Positions 1 to 11,349 of a stretch of DNA of 64,000 nt are shown piece by piece (within the stretch, counting starts at the first letter, position 1; the number at the start of each line of letters is the position of its first letter). A program made the position numbers and the translations under genes. Source of the stretch: Hemiscyllium ocellatum (lineage: Eukaryota); assembly GCF_020745735.1 (NCBI RefSeq), contig NC_083409.1, positions 10,824,978 through 10,888,977 of the forward strand, read 5' to 3'. The notes beneath the pieces are model-generated. The model had not been told where the DNA came from and ran no database searches. It saw nothing but the letters and a program-made list of their open reading frames with translations.

Positions 1-690
1 TAAACTCTATTTGTCATTTCTCGGCCCACTTCCCCAGCTGAGCAAGGTCCTGCTGCAATTTCTGATAACAGTCCGCACTGTCCACGATGCTGCTTATTTG
101 AGTGTCATCAGCAAACTCACTAACCATGCCTTGTACATTCTCATCCAAAACATTGTTATAGATAACAAACAGCAATGGGCTCAGCACTGACCACTGAGGC
201 ACTCCACTAGTCACAGGCCTCCAGTACAATAAGGATTCTTCCCCTATTACCCTGTGCTTTCTACCATCAAGCCAATTGTGTATTCAATTTGCCAGGTCAC
301 CTTGGATTCCATGCAATCTAACCTTCCATAACAGCCTGCCATGTGGAACCTTATCAAAGGCCTCACTGAAATCCATATAGACCACGTCTACCATCCTGCC
401 CTCATCAACCTTCCTGGTCAATTCATCAAAGTAACTTAACAAATTTGTGAGGCATATTATCCCACTCACAAAGTCATGCTGACAACTCCTAATCAAATTC
501 ACTCTTTCCAAATGCATGTGTATCTTATCTTATCAAACAACCTACCCACCACAAATGTTAAGCTTATAATTCCCAGGCTTTTGTTTTTCAGCCCTTTTTG
601 AACAATGGCACAGTCTTCGTTATCCTCCAGTCTTCTGGCACCTCACCTGTGGATAACCATGATGCTTAAATATCAGCCAGTACACCTGAC
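1..690 (-). mobile_element. CR1-clade LINE RT fragment
   Basis: LTNLLSYFDELTRKVDEGRMVDVVYMDFSEAFDKVPH; SEFADDT. Confidence 0.85.
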
Positions 691-699
691 CTTCAAGAG

Positions 700-2335
700 A
701 GTTGGGAGCAGAAGTGAGTGGAGAGGGCATCACTAAGGTGGAGGGGTTGAGGCAGCTGAAAGGTCTGAAGGTGGATAAATCATTCAGACCCGAGGGACTA
801 CACTCCAGAGTTCTGATGGAGATAGCTAAGGTAATTGTAGGGCCATTGGCTGTGATCTTTCAGAAATCACTGGAGTCAGGAGTGGTCCCAGAAGACTGGA
901 AAATAGTGAAAGTAACATCCCTGTTTAAGAAAGGAGGGAGGCAGAGATGGGACATTATAAGCTGGTTAGCCTGACCTCGGTCATTGGTAAGATTTTAGAG
1001 GTCTACCTAAGGGTGAGATTGCAGGTATTTGGAATCTCACCCTTAAGTCTGGTAAAATTGCAGCCTGGTAAAATTGGGCTGAGTCAGCACAGCTTCATCA
1101 AAGGGAGGCATGCCTGATAAATCTGTTAGAAATCTTTGAGGAGGTAACAAGTGAGTTAGACAAAGGAGAGCCAGTGGATGTGATCCATTTTATTTCCACC
1201 AGGCCTTTGACAGGGTCCAATAAAGGAGACTGCTAAGTCAAATCAGAGCCCATGCTGTCAGGAGCAAGGCACTGCGAAGTGTAGAGGATTGGCTGGCCGG
1301 CACAAAGGCGAGAGTAGGGACAAAGGGATTTTTTTCTGGATGGCTGGTGGTGCTTTGTGGCGATCTGCAGGGATCTGTGTTGGGACCACAACTATTCATA
1401 TTATCCATTAACAATCTGGATAAGGAAATGAAGATATTGTTCATATGTTTGTAGATGACACAAAAATTGGTGAAAGGACAAGTGGAGTTGAGGAAGTGGG
1501 GGAGATTGCAGAAGGACTTGGTCAGGCTGGGAGAATGTGCAAAGAAGTGGCAGGTGGAGTACAATGCGGGGACTTGTGAGGCTAGATACTTTGGTGGGAA
1601 GAATAGAGACACAGACTGTTTTCTAAGTGAGGAAAGATTTCAGAAATCTGAAGCACAAAGAGAATTGGGAGTCCTTGCTCAGGTTTCTCTGAAGGTTAAC
1701 GTGCAGGTTCACCATTGGCTGTTTGAAAGGCAGTTACAGTGTTAGCATTAACTTTAACATCAGAGGTGTACTGCTGCGTTTGTATAAGTCTCTGATCAGA
1801 CCACATTTGGAATTTTGGTCTCCTCTTTAAGGAAGGATGTGCTGTCATTGGAGAGGGTCCAGAGGAAAAAGTGAGAAAGAATAAGAATGATCCTGGGAAT
1901 GAAGGGGGTGTCATATAAAGAGCGGTTGAGGATTCTGGATCTGTATGCAATTGAGTTTAGAAAGATGATGGGGGAATCTTATTGAAACTACAGAATATTG
2001 AGAGGCCTGGAGAACATGGAGAAGGTGTTTCCACGAATAGAAGAAACTCGGGCCCGAAGGCAAAGCCTCAGGGTGAAGAATGATCCATCAGAACTGAGAT
2101 AAGGAGGCATTTCTTCAGCCACAGGGTGGTGAATCTGCAGAATTCATTGTCACAGAGGTCTATGGATGCCAAGATGTTGAGATTATTTAAAACAGAGACA
2201 GATAGGTTCTTGATCAGTAAGGAGATCAAATGTTAAAAGGAGAATGGGGCTGAGAAACACATCACACAAGATCAAATGGCAGAGCAGACTCTCTTCTGAC
2301 TGGCCCAATTCTGCTCCTATATCTTAAGTATTTTG
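700..2335 (+). mobile_element. CR1-clade LINE, decayed RT through 3' end
   Basis: VVPEDWKIVKVTSLFKKG and further RT motifs with frameshifts. Confidence 0.85.
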
Positions 2336-2371
2336 GGTTTATGTAGAGGTTCCTTGAAACCCTGGAAAACT

Positions 2372-2712
2372 GAAGTACGGTCACTTAGTGGTTAGCCCTG
2401 CTGCCTCACAGCGCTATGGACCCAGGTTTGATTCTAGCCTCGGGCGTCTGTCTGTGTGGAGTTTGCATGTTCTCCCTGTGCCTGCATGGGTTTCCTCCGG
2501 GTGCTCTGGCTTCCTCCCACAGTCCAAAGCTGTGCAGGTTCGGTGAATTGGCCATGCTAAATTGCCCATAGTGTAGGTTAGGTACATTAGTCAGGAGTAA
2601 ATGTAGGTTAAAAAGGTAGGGGAATGGGTCTGGGTGGGTTACTGTTCAAAGGGTCAGCGTGGACTTGTTGGACCAAATGGCCTGTTTCCATACTGTAGGA
2701 ATTCTGTGATTG
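2372..2712 (+). mobile_element. tRNA-derived V-SINE (HE1-like)
   Basis: A-box AGTGGTTAGC, B-box-like GGTTTGATTC, V-domain TGTGTGGAGTTTGCATGTTCTCCC, CR1-like tail. Confidence 0.85.
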
Positions 2713-2839
2713 TATGGACATTGAAAGTCCTGGTTTGTGAGCCCTGCTGTTGCTGTTTCTCAAAAGTACTTTGATAAAAGATAATCAGGGAGTGGTGAGA
2801 GTGAGCATCAGGTTGCATGAGGGAACTGCTTGTCCTGCT

Positions 2840-3760
2840 TCCTGGAATACCATGAGCACAGGAAGTGTGGTCAGTGACAGCAGTTGGAAGTCCGGGTTTC
2901 GGAGCTTGAGCAGCAGCTGGTGTCAGTGAGGAGCGTCCGTGAGGCTGAGAGCTCCGTGGAGAGCACGTTTCTAGATGTGGTCACTCTGCAGCTTCAGAGT
3001 ATGCAGGGAGAGAGGGAATGTGGGAGCAGCAGACAGTCCAAAAGGACCAGGCAGCTAGTACAGGAATCCCATGAGTGCATCCCACTCTCCAACCAGGATT
3101 CAGTTTGGAATCCTGATCAGAATGATGGATGCACTGGGGAGTGCAGCCACAGCCAAGTCCTTGGCACCACGGGGGGCTCAGCTGTACACGGGGGGCACAA
3201 GGAAGACTGAAAGAGTGATAGTGAGAGGAGATTCGAGAGTAAGGGCATCGATAGGTGTTTCTGCAGCTGCAGGTGGGAATCCAGGATGATTCCCAACATC
3301 TGATTCTCTGTGCGACTGCAGAGCACCCTGAGGGGAGAGGGGCAACAGGCAGCAGTCGTGGTCCACATTGGTCCCAGTGACATAGGGAGAAAAGAGATGT
3401 AGTCCTGCAGTCAGAATTTAGGGAGTTCCAGAGGGAATTAGCAGCAGGAACTCAAAAGTAGGAATCTCCAAGATTACCCCAGCATCCCACGCAACTGAGA
3501 ATAGAAAGAGGAGGATAGCACAGGTGACTGTGGAACTGAAAAGACAGTCCAGGAGGAAGGTATTTCGATTATTTTAACATTGGGACTGGCTTTGGGGGGA
3601 GATGGACATGTACAGAGCAGACAGGTTGCTCCTGAACAGACCTGGGACTGAGCTCCTTTGGGGTGATTTACTCGTGCTGTTGGAGAAGGTTTAAACTATC
3701 TTGGTCTGTGGGATCCAGGAGGTAATACCAGAGAGGAACACAGAGGTGCACAGAATCCTG
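2840..3760 (+). mobile_element. CR1 ORF1 (coiled coil + SGNH/esterase-like) fragment
   Basis: RVSELEQQL and RVIVRGDSRVR; mirrored at 44960-45910. Confidence 0.7.
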
Positions 3761-4009
3761 GGAGAGATAGATAGCATCAGAATAAGGAATAGAACTTCTT
3801 ACCCAGTTTCAGAGTGAGGGAGAGAGAGTAATAAATTCTAAATCAGGGTCACTGTGTAAGGATGGGTCTGCACAGAGTGTTGGGAATAAGACTGGGAAGG
3901 TACAGCCACAGAGTATTAAGTGGAAATCTGATGTGTGCCTCTCACATAGGAAGATTAGATAATAAGAACATTAGAAATAGGAGCAGGAGTGGGCTATCTG
4001 ACCCATCGA

Positions 4010-4785
4010 GGATGAGGGACATTAGTTATGAAGATAGACTGAAGATGTTGGGACTGTTTTCCTCAGAGAAGAGAAGGCAGAGGGGAGATTTGATCGAGAA
4101 ATTCAAAATCAGGAGGGGTCTGAACAGAGTAAACCAGGAGAAAATGTTCCCACCTGAGAAAGAATTAGTGGGCGGCACGGTGGCACAGTGGTTAGCACTG
4201 CTGCCTCACAGCACCTGAGACCCGGTTCAATTCCCGACTCAGGCGATTGTGTGGATTTTGCACGTTCTCCCCGTGTCTGCGTGGGTTTCCTCCGGTGCTC
4301 CGGTTTCCTCCCACAGTCCAAAGATGTGCGGGTCAGGTGAATTGGCCATGCTAAATTGCCCATAGTGTTAGGTAGGTGTAAATGTAGGGGTATGGGTGGG
4401 TTGCGCTTCGGCGGGTCGATGTGGACTTGTTGGGCCGAAGGGCCTGTTTCCACACTGTAAGTCTAATCTAAAAAAAAATTGAAGGGGAGAGGCCATGGAT
4501 TGAAAATAATTGGTAAAAGAAGCAAAAGTGAGATGAGGGAAAAACATTTTCAGCCAGTGGGTGGTTAAGGTGTGGAATGCACTGCCTGAGAGTGTGGTGG
4601 AGGCAGCTTCAATTGAAACATTCCGAAGGGAATGAGACTGTTATTTGAAAAGGAACAATGTGCAGGGTGACAGGGAGAAGGCAGGAGAATGACACTCAGT
4701 GAATTTCTCATTCAGAGAGCCGGTCCAGACAGGATGGGCTGAATGGCCTCCGTGTGCACTGTAAATACTCTGTGATTGTGTGATT
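4010..4785 (+). mobile_element. CR1 3' fragment split by a V-SINE at 4170-4478
   Basis: EDRLKMLGLFSSEKRRQRGDLIEKFKI; full SINE GGGCGGCACGG...TCTAATCTAAAAAAAA absent from the mirror copy. Confidence 0.85.
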
Positions 4786-5223
4786 GAGCAGAGTTAAAGC
4801 TGGGGGAGATGGGAACTCGGTGTCTCACTGTGCTGCTGCTGTTGCTGCTGCTGAGGTCAGTGAGATCAGAGACTGGGACAGGGAGCCAGAGCTCACATCA
4901 AACTCTGTCCCGTGTCTGTCACACTGAGACTGGCAGGAGGCTACACACTGATTTCACTCCATGCTGCAGGAATGGGACCACAAGCTGCAAATGGATAGAG
5001 CTCCTCCACACGGTGAGTAAAACTTACTGACTTATATCTTGCTGCTTAAAGGGGCCAATGGAACTAAAGAAATACAGCTGGACACCCTGTTAGACACAGT
5101 GCTCCTCAATCAACCACTTCTATCACTGCAGCTCCCCACTAACACCTTCAACAATTCAGCATTTGTGATTTAGAAAGTTTCAGTATTGAAAGGGTTAATT
5201 ACGGAGGATTGAGGTTTACTTAC

Positions 5224-5258
5224 TCAGTCTGAGCTTGGTTCCTTTACCAAACGTAAGC
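5224..5258 (-). CDS. IGKJ: Ig kappa-type J segment, cluster A (LTFGKGTKLRL)
   Basis: FGxG motif, flanked by the 23-RSS and donor CTGA|GTAAGT. Confidence 0.96.
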
Positions 5259-5297
5259 CACAGTGAGAGCTCCCAGTGTAGAGGCTGTACAAAAACC
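5259..5297 (+). other. 23-spacer recombination signal of J(A)
   Basis: CACAGTG 5259-5265 + 23 nt + ACAAAAACC 5289-5297 abutting the J coding end. Confidence 0.98.
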
Positions 5298-5705
5298 TCA
5301 GCTCTCTGTTTCCCTCTGTCACTCTCACCCTCTCCCTATTTCCCAGTCTGTCGATCACTCTCACCCTCTTTTTGCCCCTATCAGTCTCTCCCTCATTCAT
5401 GTGTCTTTCTGTCTCTGCCTCTGGGTTGTGAACTTTATTTTTTGTTGTTCAATTTTGCAGCTGTTCTTCACATGTGACCATGGAGTGTCAGGGGGAAACT
5501 TGAGGCCTTCAGTGAGCGTTGAGACACCACAGGGACTGGAGTGTGTCGTGGACAGTGACAATCCCAGCATGGGGTAATTTGTTCAGTTTCATTTAGATCT
5601 AACTATGGGATATGGCAGTTCAGGCAGTGGGACTGTGTGTCCATTATTATGCATTTTATATAACCGTGGATGTGTCAGTACAGGAGGTGATTCTGTGTGC
5701 TTTGA

Positions 5706-5733
5706 GGTTTTTGTATGGCTCTGTGTCACTGTG
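5706..5733 (-). other. 12-spacer recombination signal of V(A)
   Basis: CACAGTG (5733-5727) + 12 nt ACACAGAGCCAT + ACAAAAACC (5714-5706); consensus heptamer and nonamer. Confidence 0.98.
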
Positions 5734-6032
5734 TCGAGGGTTGCTGTAATACTGCTGACAGTAATAGTCAGCGACATCCTCATTCTGAACGTTGCTGATT
5801 GTCAGGGTGAAACTGGTCCCTGATCCACTGCCGGTGAATCGCTCGGAGACTCCTGTGAATCGATTTGTTGCATAATAGATCAGGAGAGAGGGTTTCTGAC
5901 CTTCTCGCTGCTGGTACCAAGCAAGGATGCTGCTAATGCTTTGACTGGCCGTACAGGTGAGTGTTGCGGTCTGGCCCAGTCCCACTGACAGCACCAGGGG
6001 AGACTGAGTCATGATGATGTCCCCACTGATAC
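5734..6032 (-). CDS. IGKV: Ig kappa-type V exon, cluster A ([96 protein letters not shown])
   Basis: Acceptor CCCCTCAG|GTATC, open frame with conserved Cys, WYQQ, GSGSGT and DYYC motifs, directly followed by a 12-RSS; germline, unrearranged. Confidence 0.96.
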
Positions 6033-6218
6033 CTGAGGGGTCAGAGAGAAACACAGTGATGTCAGAACTGTCACAGAAAGAGCCGGTCAAATGAGAGATT
6101 GTTGGAGACACTGAGCATTCCTCTGGTTTCAGCATTTTCCCTTCAATCACAAGTCAGTGGAATTGGAGTGAAATGGAGAGCAGCTAAAGATTCAAGGTGG
6201 AAGGAGAGAGATTTGTAC

Positions 6219-6267
6219 CTGCGACACAGAATGCCAGGGGCCAGATCAGCTGGATGTGTGAAATCAT
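6219..6267 (-). CDS. IGKV: Ig kappa-type light chain leader exon, cluster A (MISHIQLIWPLAFCVA + G)
   Basis: ATG at 6267, 49-nt exon ending GCAG|GTACAA (phase-1 donor), hydrophobic signal peptide; nucleotide-identical to the cluster B leader. Confidence 0.93.
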
Positions 6268-6327
6268 GGTGTGTGCTCCTGTCCCTGTGCCTGGTTCCTG
6301 ATAAACTCTCCCTTCACTGGGCTCTGC

Positions 6328-6425
6328 TTTATAAAGCTGCAGCCTGTGTGAGTCTGACTGGGTGCTCCTCAGTATGTAAATGGCATCAGGCAGAGAGAGC
6401 CACGTCAGCCCCTCACATTTCCTCC
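6328..6425 (-). promoter_or_regulatory. V(A) promoter: TATA box, variant octamer, CRE-like and Ets-like sites
   Basis: TTTATAAA 6328-6335; ATGTAAAT 6374-6381 (ATTTACAT on coding strand, 107 nt from the ATG); CACGTCA 6401-6407; same layout as cluster B. Confidence 0.7.
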
Positions 6426-8479
6426 TCTCACTCTCTCTCTATCTCACTCTCTTTGTCTCAGAGAGTGATTGATGTGAACAGCACTGAATGAGGCCACTTG
6501 GCCCATTGTGTTTGTGCTAGTAAACAAAGATCTGATGGCACTAATCCCATCCTCCAGCTCTTGGCCCATTACCCTGGAGGTTACAGCAACACAAGGGAAT
6601 ATCTAAACACTGCTCCAATGTCACAAGAGTTTGTGACTCAACCAGCCTTTCAGGCAGTGAGTTCCAGACTCCCCCCACCCTCTGGTTGAAAACATTTCTC
6701 CTCAATTCTCCTCTCACTCTGCAACTCAACTGGGCCTGGATTCACTCGAGTTTAGAAGGATGAGACGGGATCTGATTGAAACATATAAAATTCTAACATG
6801 CCCAGGCAGGGAGGAGGTTCCCCTGGTTGGGGAGTCTGGAACCAGGGGACACAGTCTCAGGGAGATACAGGGTCGACCATTTAGGACTGAGATGAGGAAA
6901 CATTTCTTCACTCAGAGGATGGTCAACCTGATGAATTCTCTACCACAAACGGCTGTGGAGGACAAGGAACTGAATATATTCAAGAAAAAAGAGAGTTGTT
7001 TTGCATTTTAACAGCATGAAGGAAATGGGGAGAAAGCAGCAACACAGCATTGAGAGAGAGGATCAGCCATGGTCATACTGAATGACACACAAGACTCAAA
7101 GGGCCAAATGGCCTGCTCATGCTCCAAGTTTCTATGCGTCCATGTCTGTGTTACCTTCAATCTCTGTCCCTGGTTATTGAGTCCTTTACTCTTGTATAAA
7201 GTACCTTCCTATGCAACACATCACTGCCAACAATTATCTTATACCTCTCTATCAGGTCCCTCTCAACCTTCAATGCTCCAAGGAAAACTGCCCCAACCTT
7301 TCCAATCTTTCCTCATAGCTGACTCTCCATCCCAGGCAGCATCCTGGGAAATCTCCTCTGCCCCTTCTCAAGTACAATCACATCTTTCCCAGAATGTGGT
7401 GACCAGGACCTCTCTCTCTCTCTCTCTTTTCCCCTTTCTGTCTCACATCTGCTACTTTGATCTCTCTACATCTATCTCTCTCTCCCACTGTTAATCTCTC
7501 TCATATTCCCTCTCTCTCACTCTGTCTCATAGCCACTCTCTCCAACTCACTCACCCTTCCTCACTCTGTATCATAATCTTTCTCTGTCTCTCACTGCCTC
7601 CGTCACTTGCTCCATCTCTCACTTCAATCGAAAGCCTCCAAATGTTATCTCCCCCTCTCTATTTCTCCCTCTGTCTCTCCCTCCTTGTCCGCATCCCACT
7701 TGACCTCTATTTCTCTTTCTCTGTCTCACTTCTCTCTCTTTCTCAGTGTCCCAGGTGGTGACAGTTGAATTCAGGATAAATCTCTCTCTGCTCTGCCCGA
7801 CAAATGGATGTTAACCCTTTACCCCAGAAGCATGTCTTCTCCTGGAGTAAAGGCCCATTTCCACATTGACCAGGTTTTGGTATCTCTCAGGAAGATGGAC
7901 AGATTCTTGTTAAATGAAGGGCAGTTCTGTGCTGTTGGTCTATTCTCACTGGGGACTGGTTTGGACACAAACCTCATTCCATGAAGGCCCAGCAGAGAGA
8001 GGAGATCCTCAGGCCATCAGTGTGAGCTGGAGGGACAGAACAGGCTCTGACCCACTGACCCATCCTGTCCATTCACAACATGTTCCAATCCCTTCCCCTC
8101 TCCTTCCCCTTCCATGGTCAGTCTCTGAGTCAGTTGGACCATCACACATGTACAACAGAAAGGAACTGAACCCCACACCCACCATGGTGTCCACGATGCA
8201 CTGGACTCTCCAACAGATTCCAGTCAACATGGACATCAGTTCCCGAGAGTGCCCCATAGAGAGACATGGGCCTCCTTTCCAATGAGCTCCCAAATAGAGA
8301 CCAGTAAACATGGGCATCATTCCTGCTTGAGCCTCCGATAAAGACCAGTACATATTGGCCTCCTTCCTAATAGACTCACCAAAGAAGACCAGTAAACATG
8401 GACCTCCTTCTGACTGGATACTCCAAGAAGACCAGGAAATGTGGGCCTCCTATTCAGTTGTCCTTCTAATGGAGACCAG

Positions 8480-9705
8480 TGGATAGTTGAGTTTTTGAAG
8501 AAATAGATAGATTAAGATAGATCAGTACACATCGTCGACAAGGACTTTAGCAAGGCCTTAGACAAGGTTCCCCATTGTAGACTGCTTAGTAAGATTATAT
8601 CACAGAGGATCCAGGTAGAGCTAACTAATTAAATATAAAATGGGCCTAATGGTAGGAGGCCGAGGCTGGTGAGAGAGGGTTGTTCTTCAGACTGGAGGCT
8701 AGTGACCAGCTGTCTGCCACAAGAATCGATCCTGGATCCACTGTTGTTCATCATTTATATGAACAATTTGTATGAGAAAATAGCAGGAATGGTCAGTAAG
8801 TTTGTGGCATCGTTAACAGGGAAGAAGGTTATCTAAGAATGCAATGTCATCTTCATCAACTGGACCAGTGGATCAACAAATCCAGATGGAGTTTAATTTC
8901 GATAAATGCAAGGAGTTGCATTTTGGTAAGACCAACCAGGGCAGGAATTGCACAATTAATGGTGGAGCCATGGGGAGTGTTGTTGAACAGAGAGACTGAG
9001 GGGTACAGGTACATAGTTCCTTGAAAGTGGTGTCACAGGTAGACAGGATGGTGAAGAAGGTATTTGGCACGTGCATATTCACTGGTCAAAGCAGGGAGTA
9101 CAGGAGCTGGGACATCATGTTACAGCTGTACAAGGCATTGGTAAGGCCACATGTGGACACTGTGTACATTCCTGCTCACCCTTCTATAGGAAGGAAGTTA
9201 TTACACTGGTTTGGATAAAAGAAAGATTAACAGGGATGTTACCAAGGTTGGTGAGTTTGAATTATAAGGCGAGGATGGATTGGCCGAGAGATTTTTCCAG
9301 TGAATGCAGGAGATTGAGGGGTGACCTTAGACAGGTTTATAGAACCATTAGGGCCATGGATAAGGTGATTAGCCAAAGTTTTTTTCCCCCCAGGGTAGGA
9401 GAGTCCAGTATGAGAAGGAATAGATTTAAGTTGAGAGGGGAAAGAATTAGAAGGGCCCTGAGAGACAACCTTTTCACACAGAGGATGGTGTGTATGTGTA
9501 ATAAGCTGCCACAGGAAGTGGTAGAGGTGAGTACAATTATTACATTTCAAGGACATTTTTACAGGAACATGGATAGGAAGGATTTAGAGAGGATTGGGCC
9601 AAACGCATGCAGATGGAACTAGTTCAGTTTTGGAAACTTGGTCGACATGGATGAGTTGAGCTGAAGGGCCTGCTGCCACGCTGTAAACCTCTATGGCTCT
9701 ATGAT
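8480..9705 (+). mobile_element. CR1 LINE RT and 3' end inserted into a degenerate minisatellite
   Basis: ORF 9071-9622 LRGDLRQVYRTIRAMDK...FTQRMV; GACCAGTAAACATGG repeat units on both sides. Confidence 0.8.
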
Positions 9706-10349
9706 GATGTAAACATGGGGCACCTTCCCATAGGACCAGTCAACATGGGCCTCCTTCCCATTGTATTGTCCAGTACCTGAGCTGCAAACCCCACATCTTG
9801 TCCATTACGTAGGTCTCTTATTTCAATCTGCACAACATTGTTTGTCTCTGCACTACCTCAGCCTCTTGACCACTGAAACCCCAATTCCTGCACATCCCAC
9901 CTCCTGACTCTATGATGTCAATGTCCTCTCCCAGCTTCCTGAAGCCACATTCCATAAACCCCAACTTGTCTGATATGGAGTGGTCCCTTCCCTGTCTTAC
10001 AACTACAGTTGTTCCAGAATCTGACCTCACTGCCAGCCAATTGCCTCCATAGCCTCCCTCCTCCCTCACTCTGTGTCCTGCTGTAGACTCACATTCCCTC
10101 CCTCCCCCTTCCACCTTCTGTCTCTGGTCTCCTACCCATTGCTGCTTCCTCCATCCCACCATTGACAGCAGAGCCTTCAGACCCCGAGAGTATCCTTTCT
10201 GCCTTCCTGCCCTTCATCCCTCCCTCTCTCGTTGTTTGTGCTATTGAATATACTGTTCAGTTCCATCACTTTTGGTTCGCTGTTCCCTTGCCATTGATTT
10301 GCTGATTTATTCTGGTAAATCTAGACTGGTGTGTTCTCTGAGTTGGTTC

Positions 10350-11220
10350 AAGAGTGTTTTGCTTGAGAAAACACTTCTGTGAACTGGTTTGTCTGTTTCT
10401 TCCAGTCTTTGTGTAAAGGTGAGACTAAGTGTGTAAATGCTGTCATTTCATGGAGCAATCCAGTCAGTCCCACCCCCTCCCCTACTCGACCCCCAGAGCC
10501 TTGCAGGTTTATTTCCATCAAGAGCCCATCCAATCTGCCATTGCAATCACTGAGTGTCTTCACCTGCCTCACCTGAATGGGCACTAATTTCCAAGTCATT
10601 ACCAATTGCTGCTAAAAAAAGTTCTTCCTGGCATCCCATATCTCTTGCCCAACAAAATGCAAGGTAATCTCAATGTGAAGATGGGATTTTGTCTCCACAC
10701 GGACTGTGCGGCGGTCACCCTTACTGATACTGTCATGGACAGATACACCAGCAGCAGGCAGGTTGGTGAGGGTGATAGTGAGTATGTTTTTCCCTCTTGT
10801 TGGTTCCCTCACCACCTGCCCCAGGTCCAGTCTAGCAGCTGAATCAGGTGGAACTTGACCAGCTTGCTCAGTAGTGATGCTTCTGAGCAGGTCTTGATGG
10901 TGGACTTTGAAGTCCCTTACTCAGAGTATATCCTGCATCCTTCTCCCCCTCAGTGCTCCCTCCAAGTGTTGTTCAACATGGAGGAGGACTGACTGCTCAG
11001 TTGAGGTTGGAGTGGAGGGTGGTGCTATGTGGTTATCAGCAGGAGGTTTGCTTCCCCATGTTTGACCTGCTGTCATGAGGCTTCATGGATTCCATAGTTA
11101 ATGGTGAGGACTCTCAGGGCAACTCCCTTCCAACTGTACACACCACTGTGTTGCCTCCCCTGCTTGGTCTATCTTGCCAGTTAGAAACTGAATGAGGGAA
11201 CAATTCTGTGCAGGTTTCAC
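10350..11220 (-). mobile_element. CR1-group LINE apurinic-endonuclease region
   Basis: PTRGKNILTITLTN...SISKGDRRTV (degenerate PTR...SDH motif); same family and same strand at 35650-37790. Confidence 0.65.
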
Positions 11221-11349
11221 AGCTTGGAGACAGAGCTGCTGCTGGATTCTGTTTCTCATCTCCGAGTGCAGCCATGTGTGTTTGTGAGAGAATGACAGAC
11301 ACTTTTTCCATCGTTGTGCTGTTTCTGAAAAGAAAAATCCCAGAACCAG

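Noticed and set aside
700-2335. CR1 (plus) versus CR1 46060-48200 (minus) as an outward extension of the inverted duplication
   Set aside because: Identity by eye is only at family level (about 75%), below the rest of the arms; probably independent insertions
2372-2450. tRNA-like A/B boxes at SINE heads
   Set aside because: These are 5' parts of V-SINEs, not complete tRNA genes
6033-6150. N-terminal extension [12 protein letters not shown]... of the V ORFs (also 40078-40195)
   Set aside because: Read-through of the leader intron; the true leader exon with a canonical donor lies upstream
6099-6491. 130-aa ORF with a near-identical twin at 39737-40129, plus similar twins at 6498-6689/39539-39730 and 5235-5477/40704-41021
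   Set aside because: They are antisense readings of the duplicated promoter, leader and spacer; the similarity comes from the duplication and they have no protein-like features
10350-11220. Similarity to 36980-37460 as part of the duplication
   Set aside because: Both copies have the same orientation, so they are separate insertions of one LINE family
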